This document shows, in pieces, positions 46,814 through 56,800 of a DNA stretch of 64,000 bases. Positions within the stretch are counted from its first letter, which is position 1; the number at the start of each line of letters is the position of its first letter. The notes beneath the pieces were generated by a model. It ran no database searches. It had not been told where the DNA came from and saw only the letters and a list, made by a program, of their open reading frames with translations. The stretch is taken from positions 194,159 to 258,158 of the forward strand of contig JAQZBR010000006.1 in assembly GCA_029237775.1 (NCBI GenBank), in the 5' to 3' direction. This stretch comes from Bacteroidota bacterium. Lineage in GTDB: Bacteria; Bacteroidota; Bacteroidia; 2-12-FULL-35-15. Made by a program: the position numbers and the translations under genes.

Positions 46814-47350
46814 CTAATTATTTTTTAGTTCGGAGATTTCACGCTTCAGGTTTGTTAACTCCAGATTTAGCTTCTTGTTTTTTTCTTCAAGAGTATTGAT
46901 CAGTTCCACTTTTTGCTCTTCAAGTTTTTTAAGATCTGATATATCTCTTGTAAAACATCTTGTGTGGACGAATTTGTCTTCTTTCCACAAAACGTTCGAG
47001 TTGATAAGCACAGGCTTTATATCACCGTTTTTACATTTCAGGTGTGCCGGATAATTGCGTAAAGTTTCTTTATTCATTAGTCTTCCGAGAATATCAGAAA
47101 TAGTCTCTTGGTCAGCATGAAAGTTGGAGATATGTTTACCAATATATTCTTCTTTTGAATACCCGAGCGAATCCAGTTCCGCTTGGTTTGCCCAGAGGAT
47201 GATTCCGCTTCCATTTACCCAGTGCAATGGGACTGAAGCGTTTTCAATGAAGTCAGTGAGTTCTTCAACGCGATTGGCTAATTCCGCGCGTTGTTTCTCA
47301 CATTCTTCTATGTTAGTTTTTGTTTCCAAATCCATGCGGTTCCTCGTCAA
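46814..47350 (-). CDS. Stand-alone PAS domain protein flanked by coiled coils
   Basis: DFIENASVPLHWV...ILWANQAELDSLGY..EEYIG...FVHTRCFTRDI; no kinase domain. Start codon uncertain. Confidence 0.75.
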   Translation of the reverse strand: MTRNRMDLETKTNIEECEKQRAELANRVEELTDFIENASVPLHWVNGSGIILWANQAELDSLGYSKEEYIGKHISNFHADQETISDILGRLMNKETLRNYPAHLKCKNGDIKPVLINSNVLWKEDKFVHTRCFTRDISDLKKLEEQKVELINTLEEKNKKLNLELTNLKREISELKNN

Positions 47351-47434
47351 ATATCATGCTGCTTTGATTTAGAATGGTTTTGGGAAAATAATACCTCAAT
47401 CTAAAAGATACAACACATTGACTACGTTGAGAGA

Positions 47435-48043
47435 TTAGCTATTAAAGATTTTTTTGCGTATCCGGCTGAGGGTTTCCGGGCTTATTCCGAGATAAGAAGC
47501 GATATAATGTTGCGGAACACGCTGAAAAAGTCTGGGTCTTTCTTTTAAAAGGTTCAGGTATCTTGTTTCACCGCTGAGCGTTTGCATTTCAGCCATCTTC
47601 TGTTGAAGCAATGATGCCCATCTCTGATAACCGGTTAGATGTGCCTGCGCCCACCACGAAAAGTCAGTAAATGCTTTTTCCCAGTTCTCCGGGGAGATAG
47701 TGAGGAGGCTGCATTCTTCAATGGCCTGAAAGTTAAAGACGCTTGGCGTTTTTGCGCGCATTGCGGGCAGGTCTCCTATCCAATGTCGTTCTTCAGCAAA
47801 GTATACTATTGATTCGTCACCGGCTTCATTAACAGTGTACTGTCGCAGGCAGCCTGCTAAGACAAATATTGAGAACTTTGGCGCTTCACCTGCATGTAGG
47901 ATGAATTCATTTTTTTTGAAAGTTTTAAATTCCCAAAGCCTGAGAAACTCTTCATATTTGGCTTGTGGAAGATCAACTCTCTTTTTTAATTCTTCAAAAA
48001 ACAAAGTGGGGTCAAAGCTGTATGTATTATTCTTGCCTGGCAT
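47435..48043 (-). CDS. Crp/Fnr family transcriptional regulator
   Basis: FVLAGCLRQY...QAIEEC; RVPQHYIASYLGISPETLSRIRK. Confidence 0.9.
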   Translation of the reverse strand: MPGKNNTYSFDPTLFFEELKKRVDLPQAKYEEFLRLWEFKTFKKNEFILHAGEAPKFSIFVLAGCLRQYTVNEAGDESIVYFAEERHWIGDLPAMRAKTPSVFNFQAIEECSLLTISPENWEKAFTDFSWWAQAHLTGYQRWASLLQQKMAEMQTLSGETRYLNLLKERPRLFQRVPQHYIASYLGISPETLSRIRKKIFNS

Positions 48044-48078
48044 TCACTTTAAATATACAAAGTTTCGGTGTAAAAGGA

Positions 48079-48699
48079 CTATTCTTTTAGAAAGCTGCAA
48101 AACAGAAAGTTTTGATTTGTGTCAAAAGGAGTCTGGTGGTCAATTGTAGTACATGCTATTTTTCTGAATCCTTTTTTAAATAACTGTGAAATGGATTGTT
48201 CAGAGTATTGACGAACTTCGATTCCGCTGCATTTTGTCGGCCCGCTCTCGCTAAAGGTTCCAATTATAAGGGTACCTCCAGGGTTAAGGCTGTTGTATAC
48301 TGCAGAGAAATAATTTTTTATTTCTGAGTCATTAGTAAGGAAGTGAAATGCCGCTCTGTCGTGCCAAAGGTCATATTTTTCGTCCGGTGAGAAATTTCCT
48401 GCATCCCGAACGAGCCATTTCACCTTTGATGCTTTATTTCCAAGCCGTATTTTAGCTTTGTCTAATGCGGTTTCGGAAATATCAAGTACCGTAATATTTT
48501 TGTATCCCCTTTCTAAAAGTGCATCCACCAGGTAGCTGTCGCCACCTCCTATATCAATAATGTGTGAGTCTTTTGAGATTCCGCTGGATTCAATAAGTTC
48601 GAGAGATGTTTCCGGGATGGGCTGGTACCAGCTTACATTGTTGAGTTGTTTCGTCTGGTAGATGTTTTCCCAATGTCCTTTTTTATCAAAATTTTCCAT
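48079..48699 (-). CDS. Class I SAM-dependent methyltransferase
   Basis: HWENIY...VSWYQ, IIDIGGG, VLDIS, WHDRAAFHFL, GPTKCSG. Confidence 0.9.
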   Translation of the reverse strand: MENFDKKGHWENIYQTKQLNNVSWYQPIPETSLELIESSGISKDSHIIDIGGGDSYLVDALLERGYKNITVLDISETALDKAKIRLGNKASKVKWLVRDAGNFSPDEKYDLWHDRAAFHFLTNDSEIKNYFSAVYNSLNPGGTLIIGTFSESGPTKCSGIEVRQYSEQSISQLFKKGFRKIACTTIDHQTPFDTNQNFLFCSFLKE

Positions 48700-48715
48700 A
48701 TTCTAAATATTTGGA

Positions 48716-48761
48716 CAAAGTTATTCTGGTGTTAATGGATTGAATTTAACATATGTTAAAT
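48716..48761 (-). promoter_or_regulatory. Crp/Fnr-type palindrome plus -7 element upstream of the methyltransferase
   Basis: Perfect palindrome ATTTAACATATGTTAAAT at 48744-48761; TAACTTTG on the minus strand at 48723-48716; 22-bp gap from the 14-bp core. Confidence 0.7.
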
Positions 48762-48763
48762 AA

Positions 48764-49327
48764 TCATTTGAGGCCGCGAATCCTGCTTAGACTCACCTGG
48801 GTAATCCCGAGATAGGAGGAGATATACTTGAGAGGGATTCTTTTGATTACATCGGGTGCTTGTCGGATCAACGTGTTGTAACGCTCTTCAGCTGTGTTAA
48901 ACTGGAGGCTTTCAATTCTATTTACAGTATTAACATACGAACTTTCAATAATTTTCCTGAATAGCCTTTCAAGTTCGGGGAACTGATCAAACAGCTGAAA
49001 TAGCTTTTGTGAATGAATTGCAACGAGTGATACGTTTTCTAAGGCCTGAATTCCCTTGCGTGACGGTTTCCCGGTAAAGAGGCTTTCGGCCCTTGCCACG
49101 AAAGAGTTTTCAAATTCAAAGCTTTCGGTGATGTCTGTGTCATTTTTAAAATAATAAACCCTGAGAGCTCCCTCTTGAACAAAATAGATGGTTTTGCATG
49201 TATGTCCGATCCGCTGCACATCCTCTCCTTTCAAAAGCTCCACTTCCCTGGAAATATTGACCAACGCCTTTTCGGCTTCGGCCGTGACAGGATGTATTGC
49301 TTTTATTTGAAGAAGAAGCTGATGCAT
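48764..49327 (-). CDS. Crp/Fnr family transcriptional regulator
   Basis: YFVQEGALRVYY...IQALEN; RIPLKYISSYLGITQVSLSRIR. Confidence 0.9.
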   Translation of the reverse strand: MHQLLLQIKAIHPVTAEAEKALVNISREVELLKGEDVQRIGHTCKTIYFVQEGALRVYYFKNDTDITESFEFENSFVARAESLFTGKPSRKGIQALENVSLVAIHSQKLFQLFDQFPELERLFRKIIESSYVNTVNRIESLQFNTAEERYNTLIRQAPDVIKRIPLKYISSYLGITQVSLSRIRGLK

Positions 49328-49429
49328 TCATTAAAAATAACAAAAAGTTCCTCAACGTCAATTCTTTTATGCTGGCAGATAGTTAATCCTATAATGCAAT
49401 GAATATTTTATTAAAATTTTGTTAAAAAT

Positions 49430-49471
49430 ATATTTGATATATCAAATATTGATAAATCATTATTATATTTG
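49430..49471 (+). promoter_or_regulatory. Palindromic operator and -7 element of the MarR gene
   Basis: Perfect 20-bp palindrome ATATTTGATATATCAAATAT at 49430-49449; TATATTTG at 49464-49471. Confidence 0.65.
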
Positions 49472-49485
49472 TGCAAAATGCTGCA

Positions 49486-49920
49486 ATGGAACAATTAAAC
49501 AATGTCATCTTTTATACAATTGATAAATCGATACGCACTTATCGCCAGTACGCACAAAGACAGTTAAAGAATGCCGGATATTCCATAACTATAGATCAAT
49601 GGCTGGTAATAAAAACATTACTTGAGAACCCGGATATCAAGCAGCAGGAGTTGGGAGAAAAAATATTTAAAGATAATGCTTCAGTTACCCGGATCATTGA
49701 GTTACTCGTAAGGGCAAAATACCTTAAACGAAGAAACAACACGGAAGACAGAAGAAGGACCGGGCTTGAAGTAACTGAAAAAGGGAAAGAAACCATTGCA
49801 GACGTTCATAAGATTGTTTTAAAAAATCGGTCTGTTGCATTGGAAGGTATCAGTAAAACTGAACTTGAAACCGTAAAAAAGGTACTTATGAAAATAACTA
49901 AAAACTGCCAGGACGATTAA
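49486..49920 (+). CDS. MarR family transcriptional regulator
   Basis: ITIDQWLV...QQELG...KDNASVTRII..L...DRR....TEKG; start at ATG 49486. Confidence 0.9.
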   Translation: MEQLNNVIFYTIDKSIRTYRQYAQRQLKNAGYSITIDQWLVIKTLLENPDIKQQELGEKIFKDNASVTRIIELLVRAKYLKRRNNTEDRRRTGLEVTEKGKETIADVHKIVLKNRSVALEGISKTELETVKKVLMKITKNCQDD

Positions 49921-49994
49921 TGAAAATAAATTAACATAATTAAAGGTATTGAATGGCAAACGGACGTGCTACAACAAGTTTGTCAGATCAATAA

Positions 49995-50031
49995 AAGGGA
50001 ATGGTTCGTAGCATTTCCATTCCCTTCTTTT
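49995..50031 (+). terminator. Terminator-like hairpin between marR and the TonB-dependent receptor gene
   Basis: AAGGGAATGG-ttcgtagcattt-CCATTCCCTT followed by CTTTT. Confidence 0.55.
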
Positions 50032-50051
50032 AATTTTTAAAATTAACAACC

Positions 50052-52484
50052 ATGAAAAAAAACTTATTTATTGTAGCAATTCTGATTCTTCAATCCTTTA
50101 TGTGCTCAGCCATTGAAGGAGTAACCCTTAAAGGTCGCATCGTTGATCCGACCAATGTTCCCCAGCCATTTGCCACTGTTCTCTTAAAGTCTGGCATCGA
50201 TTCTTCCCTCTATAAGGGTGAAATCACTAACGATAAAGGCCAGTTCCTGTTTGAAAATTTAAAAGATGGTGACTATTATATTCAGATCCAGATCGTTGGA
50301 TATGAAAAAAATATAATCTCTCCCATTCATCTCGAATTAAGCAATCCTATGGTCGATCTTGGAACTATAAGGATGAAAGCCGGATCGAAGGAACTAGCGA
50401 CAGTGAATGTTCAGGCAGAAAAGCCTTTTATTGAGCAGCAGACTGATAAGACCGTTGTGAATATTGAAAACAGCATTATCCAGAATGGTTCTTCTATCAT
50501 GGAAGTTATGGAAAAGCTCCCGGGAATTATGATCGACCAGAATGACAAAATAAGCCTGAGAGGAAAACAGGGGGTTATAATCATGATTGATGGAAGACCA
50601 ACGGGAATGTCGGGCCAGGATCTGGCGACAATGCTCAAAGGAATCCCTTCCTCCAATATTCAAAAAATTGAGCTCATTACCAATCCGTCAGCAAAGTATG
50701 ATGCTGCCGGAAATGCCGGTATCATCAATATCGTAATGAAGAAAAATAAGCGGGAAGGGTTTAATGGCAGTGTAAGTACAGGGTTTGGCCAGGGGAGATA
50801 TTCAAAATACAATGGAAGCATGAGCCTTAACTATAAAAATAAAAACTATAACTTGTTTTTAAATTACAGTTATGCCAAACGTTTAGGATTTAATAATCTA
50901 ACGATTGACAGAAAATTTTACAATGCTAATGATAGCATCAATACAATTTACAGAACGGAGAATTATATTCTGTATCCTACCGAAAGCCACGCTCCACGCA
51001 TAGGTATTGATTTTTATTTGTCACCGAAAACAACATTATCATTATTGGGAAGCGGAGGGACGACTCAGTTTCGACCGAAAGGAGTCGATAACACTAAGAT
51101 CCTTGATGGTAATGAGCAAGTGATATACAGTTACGATTTTGTGAGTGATTCCAAAGACAATTGGTATAATTATTCCGGTAATGCTGAATTAAAGCATCAG
51201 CTCGATAGCATCGGTCAGGAAATTACGGTAGACCTCGACTATGCTAAATACTGGAACACAACCAATCAATCGTTTTTAACTACATATCACCATAGTGATG
51301 GAAGCTTTATGAGTGAAGATGACCTGCTCAATGAACAAAAGAGCGATCTCAGCCTTTACTCGTTGAAAGCCGACTACAGCAAGCCACTAAAAAAAGAATA
51401 TAGCTTTGATGCAGGTTTAAAATCAAGCTACGTTTCTTCGGATAATAACATTCTTTTTTATTCATTGATGAATAGCGAAGAAACATTTGACAGTGCGAGA
51501 AGCAGTCATTTCCTATATTCAGAAAACATCAATGCTGCGTATGTTAATCTGAAAAAGAATTATAAGAAAGTCTCGTATCAGTTAGGGTTGCGTTCTGAGC
51601 AGACTATAGCCAGAGGTAAACAACTGATGAATTTGAAAACTTTTAACAGGAGCTATATTCAGGTGTTTCCGACTGCGTACATTAATTTTAAGCCTTCGGA
51701 AAAACACAATTTAAATCTTAGCCTGGGAAGAAGGATTGACAGGCCGGCATACGAACAGATGAATCCATATCGCAGCCTGATCAATGCAACTACATACAGC
51801 GAAGGAAATCCTTACCTGTTACCACAATTGACCTATAACACTGAACTTTCATATTCCTATAACAATGCATTTTTTGCACAATTTACTTACAGCTTAACGG
51901 AAGATAACATCACTGATGTTTTGATCCAGGATTCTGAAACGCAAACCACTTCGCAAACAGTTGTGAACCTGAACAAGCTGAATTTCTACAGTGTTAATTT
52001 ATCCTACTCGAAAAAGCTGACAAAATGGTGGAGCACCAATACTAGTTTGCTCACGTACTACGGCATGTATAGCGGCACAATTAAAAACAATTATATCAGT
52101 CAGGGGACACCATCTATCTATCTCAACACAAGCAACAGTTTCTTCATTATTGACGGACTCTCGGCTGAGCTGAGTTTTCGCTACAGTCATAAAGCGCTTA
52201 ATGGGATCACCACCGAACTTACAACTTATAACCTTTCTGCAGGAATTCAGAAAACGGTGCTGAAGAAAAAGGGAACTATCACTGTGAATATGTCAGATAT
52301 TCTTTGGTCTGCATACCCAAGCGGGGTCACTGAGTTTGATAATGTTCGTGAAGACTGGACTGCAAAGCGTGATACACGTGTTCTCAATGTGAGCTTTGCT
52401 TATAAATTCGGAAAAGGAAAATCTGCCAAAATGAGGAAAAATACCGGTGCAGATGATGAGAAGGGACGCATTAAGGGAGGTTAA
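50052..52484 (+). CDS. TonB-dependent receptor / outer membrane beta-barrel protein
   Basis: Carboxypeptidase-regulatory-like N-domain, plug IELITNPSAKYDAAGNAGIINI, RRIDRP.Y...NP, GNP.L.P, C-terminal FAYKFG. Confidence 0.88.
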   Translation: MKKNLFIVAILILQSFMCSAIEGVTLKGRIVDPTNVPQPFATVLLKSGIDSSLYKGEITNDKGQFLFENLKDGDYYIQIQIVGYEKNIISPIHLELSNPMVDLGTIRMKAGSKELATVNVQAEKPFIEQQTDKTVVNIENSIIQNGSSIMEVMEKLPGIMIDQNDKISLRGKQGVIIMIDGRPTGMSGQDLATMLKGIPSSNIQKIELITNPSAKYDAAGNAGIINIVMKKNKREGFNGSVSTGFGQGRYSKYNGSMSLNYKNKNYNLFLNYSYAKRLGFNNLTIDRKFYNANDSINTIYRTENYILYPTESHAPRIGIDFYLSPKTTLSLLGSGGTTQFRPKGVDNTKILDGNEQVIYSYDFVSDSKDNWYNYSGNAELKHQLDSIGQEITVDLDYAKYWNTTNQSFLTTYHHSDGSFMSEDDLLNEQKSDLSLYSLKADYSKPLKKEYSFDAGLKSSYVSSDNNILFYSLMNSEETFDSARSSHFLYSENINAAYVNLKKNYKKVSYQLGLRSEQTIARGKQLMNLKTFNRSYIQVFPTAYINFKPSEKHNLNLSLGRRIDRPAYEQMNPYRSLINATTYSEGNPYLLPQLTYNTELSYSYNNAFFAQFTYSLTEDNITDVLIQDSETQTTSQTVVNLNKLNFYSVNLSYSKKLTKWWSTNTSLLTYYGMYSGTIKNNYISQGTPSIYLNTSNSFFIIDGLSAELSFRYSHKALNGITTELTTYNLSAGIQKTVLKKKGTITVNMSDILWSAYPSGVTEFDNVREDWTAKRDTRVLNVSFAYKFGKGKSAKMRKNTGADDEKGRIKGG

Positions 52485-52537
52485 GAAATTGAATATACGT
52501 CAATGATGCTCTGACCACAGCAAAAAAGCAAAACATG

Positions 52538-52573
52538 AAAACGAGAAGCCTAACTGTAGACTTCTCGTTTTTT
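52538..52573 (+). terminator. Rho-independent terminator
   Basis: AAAACGAGAAG...CTTCTCGTTTT followed by a T-run. Confidence 0.7.
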
Positions 52574-52622
52574 AATTAATTGATCAATTACTGCGAGGTT
52601 GCATCACTTACAGATGAAAAAA

Positions 52623-52655
52623 TAAAATCCTTCCTATTGAACCGGAAGGATTTTA
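52623..52655 (-). terminator. Terminator for the ArsR-SRPBCC operon
   Basis: TAAAATCCTTCC-tattgaacc-GGAAGGATTTTA, with an A-run upstream on + (U-tail on -). Confidence 0.7.
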
Positions 52656-52681
52656 ATTTACACCCGTATTTACTTTTGCGC

Positions 52682-53170
52682 TTATGATTTTGCAAGCATT
52701 TCTGCCAGGTAATTTAACGTCATAGTAAATCCTCCCTGGAAGCCCATTTCAATCTGCTGTTCCATGCGTTCACGTGATTCATTAAAGATGGTGATGTTCA
52801 CTGTTGTGATCCCATCCTTTTCGCTGAAGCTCAGATCCCAATCAGATCCGGGTAAATTTGGATTACCATCTTTGTCTGCAAAAGCATTCAAATATTTAAA
52901 ATTAGTTTTTGGAGTAATGGAAGTGTATTCCTGAACAGAGTAGTGTTCCTGTCCTTCAGGGCCTACCATTGCATACAACCTTTTCCCGCCCACTTTAAAA
53001 TCCATGATCTTTGTTCTGGATTCCCACGGCTTAGGAGCCCACCATTGGTCGAGAATTTCTTTTTTTGTGAAAGCATCCCATACCAGTGGAAGCTCAGCAT
53101 CAAATTCGCGGTTTACAAAAACCGTTTTCTTTTCTATGTCTACGATAAAATCGAATAATAGATTGTTCAT
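52682..53170 (-). CDS. SRPBCC/AHSA1 domain protein
   Basis: REFDA....[17 protein letters not shown]...MDFKVGG...MGFQGGF. Confidence 0.9.
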   Translation of the reverse strand: MNNLLFDFIVDIEKKTVFVNREFDAELPLVWDAFTKKEILDQWWAPKPWESRTKIMDFKVGGKRLYAMVGPEGQEHYSVQEYTSITPKTNFKYLNAFADKDGNPNLPGSDWDLSFSEKDGITTVNITIFNESRERMEQQIEMGFQGGFTMTLNYLAEMLAKS

Positions 53171-53490
53171 TTTTTCTGTTTTTTAATTGTGGATAATACA
53201 TTGTCGAGTTGATTAAACCGGGTTTCCCAAAGCTTTCTGAATTGAGCCATCCATTTATCAATCTCTTTCATTTTTTCTACTTTAAGAGAATAATATATTT
53301 CACGCCCCTGTTGTTCCTGTTTTACTAACTCGCATTCAACGAGTATTCTGAGATGTTTGGAAACAGATTGGCGGCTAGTGTGAAAATTATCAGCAATGGC
53401 ATTGGGTGTCATTGCCTGTAAGGTGATCAAGGTAATGATTGCGCGTCTCGTGGGATCAGCAATTGCCTGGAAAATATCTCTTCTCATCAT
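53167..53490 (-). CDS. ArsR/SmtB family transcriptional repressor
   Basis: [15 protein letters not shown]...[15 protein letters not shown]...GREIYY; start at ATG 53490 or 53487. Confidence 0.9.
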   Translation of the reverse strand: MMRRDIFQAIADPTRRAIITLITLQAMTPNAIADNFHTSRQSVSKHLRILVECELVKQEQQGREIYYSLKVEKMKEIDKWMAQFRKLWETRFNQLDNVLSTIKKQKK

Positions 53491-53504
53491 CTTAAAAAGT
53501 TTAG

Positions 53505-53554
53505 TTGTGAAACTAATCGGTTGCAAATATAAGCGCAACCGTTTGGTTTCGCAA
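53505..53554 (-). promoter_or_regulatory. Inverted-repeat operator straddling the -7 element of arsR
   Basis: TTGTGAAACTAATCGGTTGC (53505-53524) and GCAACCGTTTGGTTTCGCAA (53535-53554) are 17/20 inverted matches around minus-strand TATATTTG (53531-53524). Confidence 0.7.
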
Positions 53555-53815
53555 ATTTATTTTTATCATCTGCGCTGCGAATGATGAGAAGGGCAGGATC
53601 AAGGGAGGTTAGGAATTACTGCGCAATCCAAACTTTATTTAGAATTTTAAAATACTGTTTGGAAATTGAGTGCGGCATGCCGCGGAGCATTCTGTTCTTG
53701 TGCCTGTGCCGGGAAAAAAAAACCAAAAAATCTAAGAAAGTGCTTCAGCTCTCTCCCTTAGATTTTTTGGTAAAATGTAAACAGTACGCAACTACCCGAA
53801 CTTATCTAATTCAAT

Positions 53816-56800
53816 TTATTGGATAACAACTTTTTTATAAACTTTTGACTTAGTCGTTTCTATACATAAAGAATATAACCCTTTTGACAGCGATGTGAGA
53901 TCAAGAACGTTATTACCGGGTTCAATCTCTAATCTCTCACTAACTTTCTGGCCCAGCGAGTTATAGATGGTGATTGTATATTTTGATTTCAGGTCAGGCA
54001 GCAATACATTTAATAAATCATCAGCCGGGTTTGGCGAAACTGATATTAGATCAGAGAGAACATTTAATTCATCATAATCTGTAGCAAAGCCGCTGTTCTT
54101 GATGTTTGAACGGGTTGTATTTACAGTGGCACGTGTAGGGTTACAAATATTTCCGGAGAGCCAGTTCACATCCACACGGTATCTCGCATTTGGATAACTT
54201 GCATAGTTAACATCGGTAAATGAATTATTGCTGCCCGGTATGATCTGCAGAAGAACAAAATTTCCCGTGGCGTTGTCGTCCCTGTAAAAGTTGTATGACG
54301 CTACCTGGTTTGCTGTATTTTCGATTTCATAAAAAGTCCACTGGAAATTACCAAAGCTTAAGTATTGAAGATGTATGGAATTATGATATAAACCAAAGTT
54401 TCCAATAGATCCGCAAGTGTCCAGTACTTTTACTTTGTATTTGTAATTGGTGGAATTCGGATTAGCCGAAAAGTCGTTATACAGACTTAAAGAATCGCGG
54501 TGAACTGCTCCAATTTGCTGATAGTTACCAAGAGTTATTTCCCTGTAAATGACAAAACTGTCTATATTACTTACGTCTGCAGGCTTCTCCCATACTACAA
54601 TATTGTAGTTGCCTGTTGCCGAATCTGCTGTTACAACACAAATTTCCTGCAGAGGGATAAGGTTAAGGATAGAAACAGGAATTGTTTTAGTACAGCCTTT
54701 ATTATCTGTTACAGTTACAGTATAACTGCCGACAGCTAAATTGTTGGCAGAAGAATTTGTGCCGCCCGTTGGGGACCAATTATAAGTGTAAGGAGCTGTC
54801 CCTCCGGAAGCAGAGACGCTAGCACTTCCATCAGAAGAAGATGCGCATGTAACATTTACCACAGAGCTTACTACTCCCGATAATACCGGAGGTTGCGTTA
54901 TAGTGACCAGGGTTTGGGCTAAACAACCGTTCAGGTCATTCACTGTAACCGTGTATGTCGCTGCACTAAGATTTGAAGCCAGCGTGCCCGTTGTACCGAT
55001 CGGTGCCCACGAAAATGAATTTCCTCCTGAGCCACCTGTTGCAGTAACGCTGGCAGAACCGTTGTTGCCACCGAAGCAGGAAACATTCAGCTGAGAAGAA
55101 ACACTAATGTTAAGTTGAGATGGTTGCGAGATAACAAAAGGAACGGTCGACTGGCAGCCTTTTGAATCGGTAACTGTTACAGTGTACGAATTTGCAGTAA
55201 GCGTTGAAGACGAATTAGAGCTGCCGCCTGAAGGGCTCCATGAGTATGTGTACGGTGGAGTTCCTCCTGTCACGCCAATCGATGCAAATCCGTTACTTCC
55301 ACCAAAGCAGGTTACGTTTGACTGTGATAATAATGTAGCTGCCAATGGAGCAGAAGGTTGAGCGATAGTGATCGTCTGACTTACTGTAAGTCCAAAATTA
55401 TCCGTCACTGTGACTGTATGAGTTCCGCCTTCAAGATTTGTTGCAAGTGAATCTGTAATTCCGGATGGAGACCAGAGGTAAGTATAAGGAGGCTGGTTTC
55501 CATTTGGTGTAACATATGCGCTGCCATCAGTATCACCGTAGCAGGAAACAGAGCCGTTCACCAATGTAGTTGTTATAGTAAAAAAAGATTGTTGAAACTG
55601 CGATACAAAGAGATCCGAATTAGTACCTGCCGTGAGGTTTGTTTGAGTGAAATTATCGGGGTCAAAATCGGTGGTGCCTTCAAAGGAACCAACATAAGTT
55701 ACAACACCGGAGTTGTCGGTATAAATGGCATTGCCTTCATCTGTGCCGGCCGAACCAATACTTTTCGCAAAAATTATGTCCCCCGTTGAATTATAGCGCG
55801 CGATAAAAACATCTGAAGTTGCATTATTGGAGACCAGATAAAAGTTGCTTGAACCTGAAGGGTCAAAATCAACTGTACCTGAAAAAGTACCTGTCAGATT
55901 TACATTCCCGCTTCCGTCTACGCTCAGGCTGTTGGAAATGGTGCCTGCTATTGGGTTTGCATACGAATAATTTCCTGTTGATGTGTACTTCGCAAAAAAT
56001 GCGGAACTTCCAGAAACCGATGTTAAATTGGCCGTAGAAGAAGAAGGGTTGAAATCAGCGGTGCCAGAAAAGCTTCCGGTAATATATATATTACCTGAAT
56101 TATCAACCTTTAATTGTTTTCCGAGCTCGTTTGCTGAACCTGAGATCTGTTTCACAAAGATCAGTGTTCCTGAATTGCTGTATTTACCGAAATAGACATC
56201 CGAGCCTCCCGCAGAAGTAAGATTGCTTGTGCCACTGTTCGGGTCAAAATCTGCTGATGCAGAAAAACTTCCGGTGAGTATAAGATTGTTGGAGGCATCA
56301 AGCGTAAGAGAAGAACAATAATCATCTCCTGATCCTCCCAGTTGTTTCACATATGTTAAATTTCCAACATTGCTATATTTAGCGAAGTATGCATCATTTG
56401 TACCTGCATTCGAGACAAGGTATGCGGTTCCGGGAGAAGGATCAAAATCAGAAGTTCCCGAAAAATTACCGCCAGCATATATATTTCCTGAGACATCAAT
56501 TGAAATCGTATTTGATGTTTCGGTGCCAGCTCCCGTAATCTGCTTTACAAAAACATAATTGCCATTAACATCATACTTTCCGATGAATGCATCAATTGAT
56601 GCAGCGGTTATATTTACAACGGCCGTTGCCGGATCAAAATCAGGTGTTCCGGTAAATGTTCCTGTTACGTAGATATTGTTTGCGGCATCGCGGGCTATCG
56701 CTGTGGGAACAACACTTGTACCGATAACCTTGGCGAACTGGCATATCCCGGCTGAATTATATTTAGCGAAGAAGCCTGAGGTGCCTATGCCAGATTGAGT

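Noticed and set aside
47418..47431. TTGACTACGTTGAG as a Crp box after the third Crp gene
   Set aside because: The second half is poorly palindromic, and there is no -7 box at the 22-bp spacing seen at the other two sites.
53581..53826. 81-aa + strand ORF between arsR and the large cargo gene
   Set aside because: No recognisable family and atypical composition; probably non-coding intergenic DNA.
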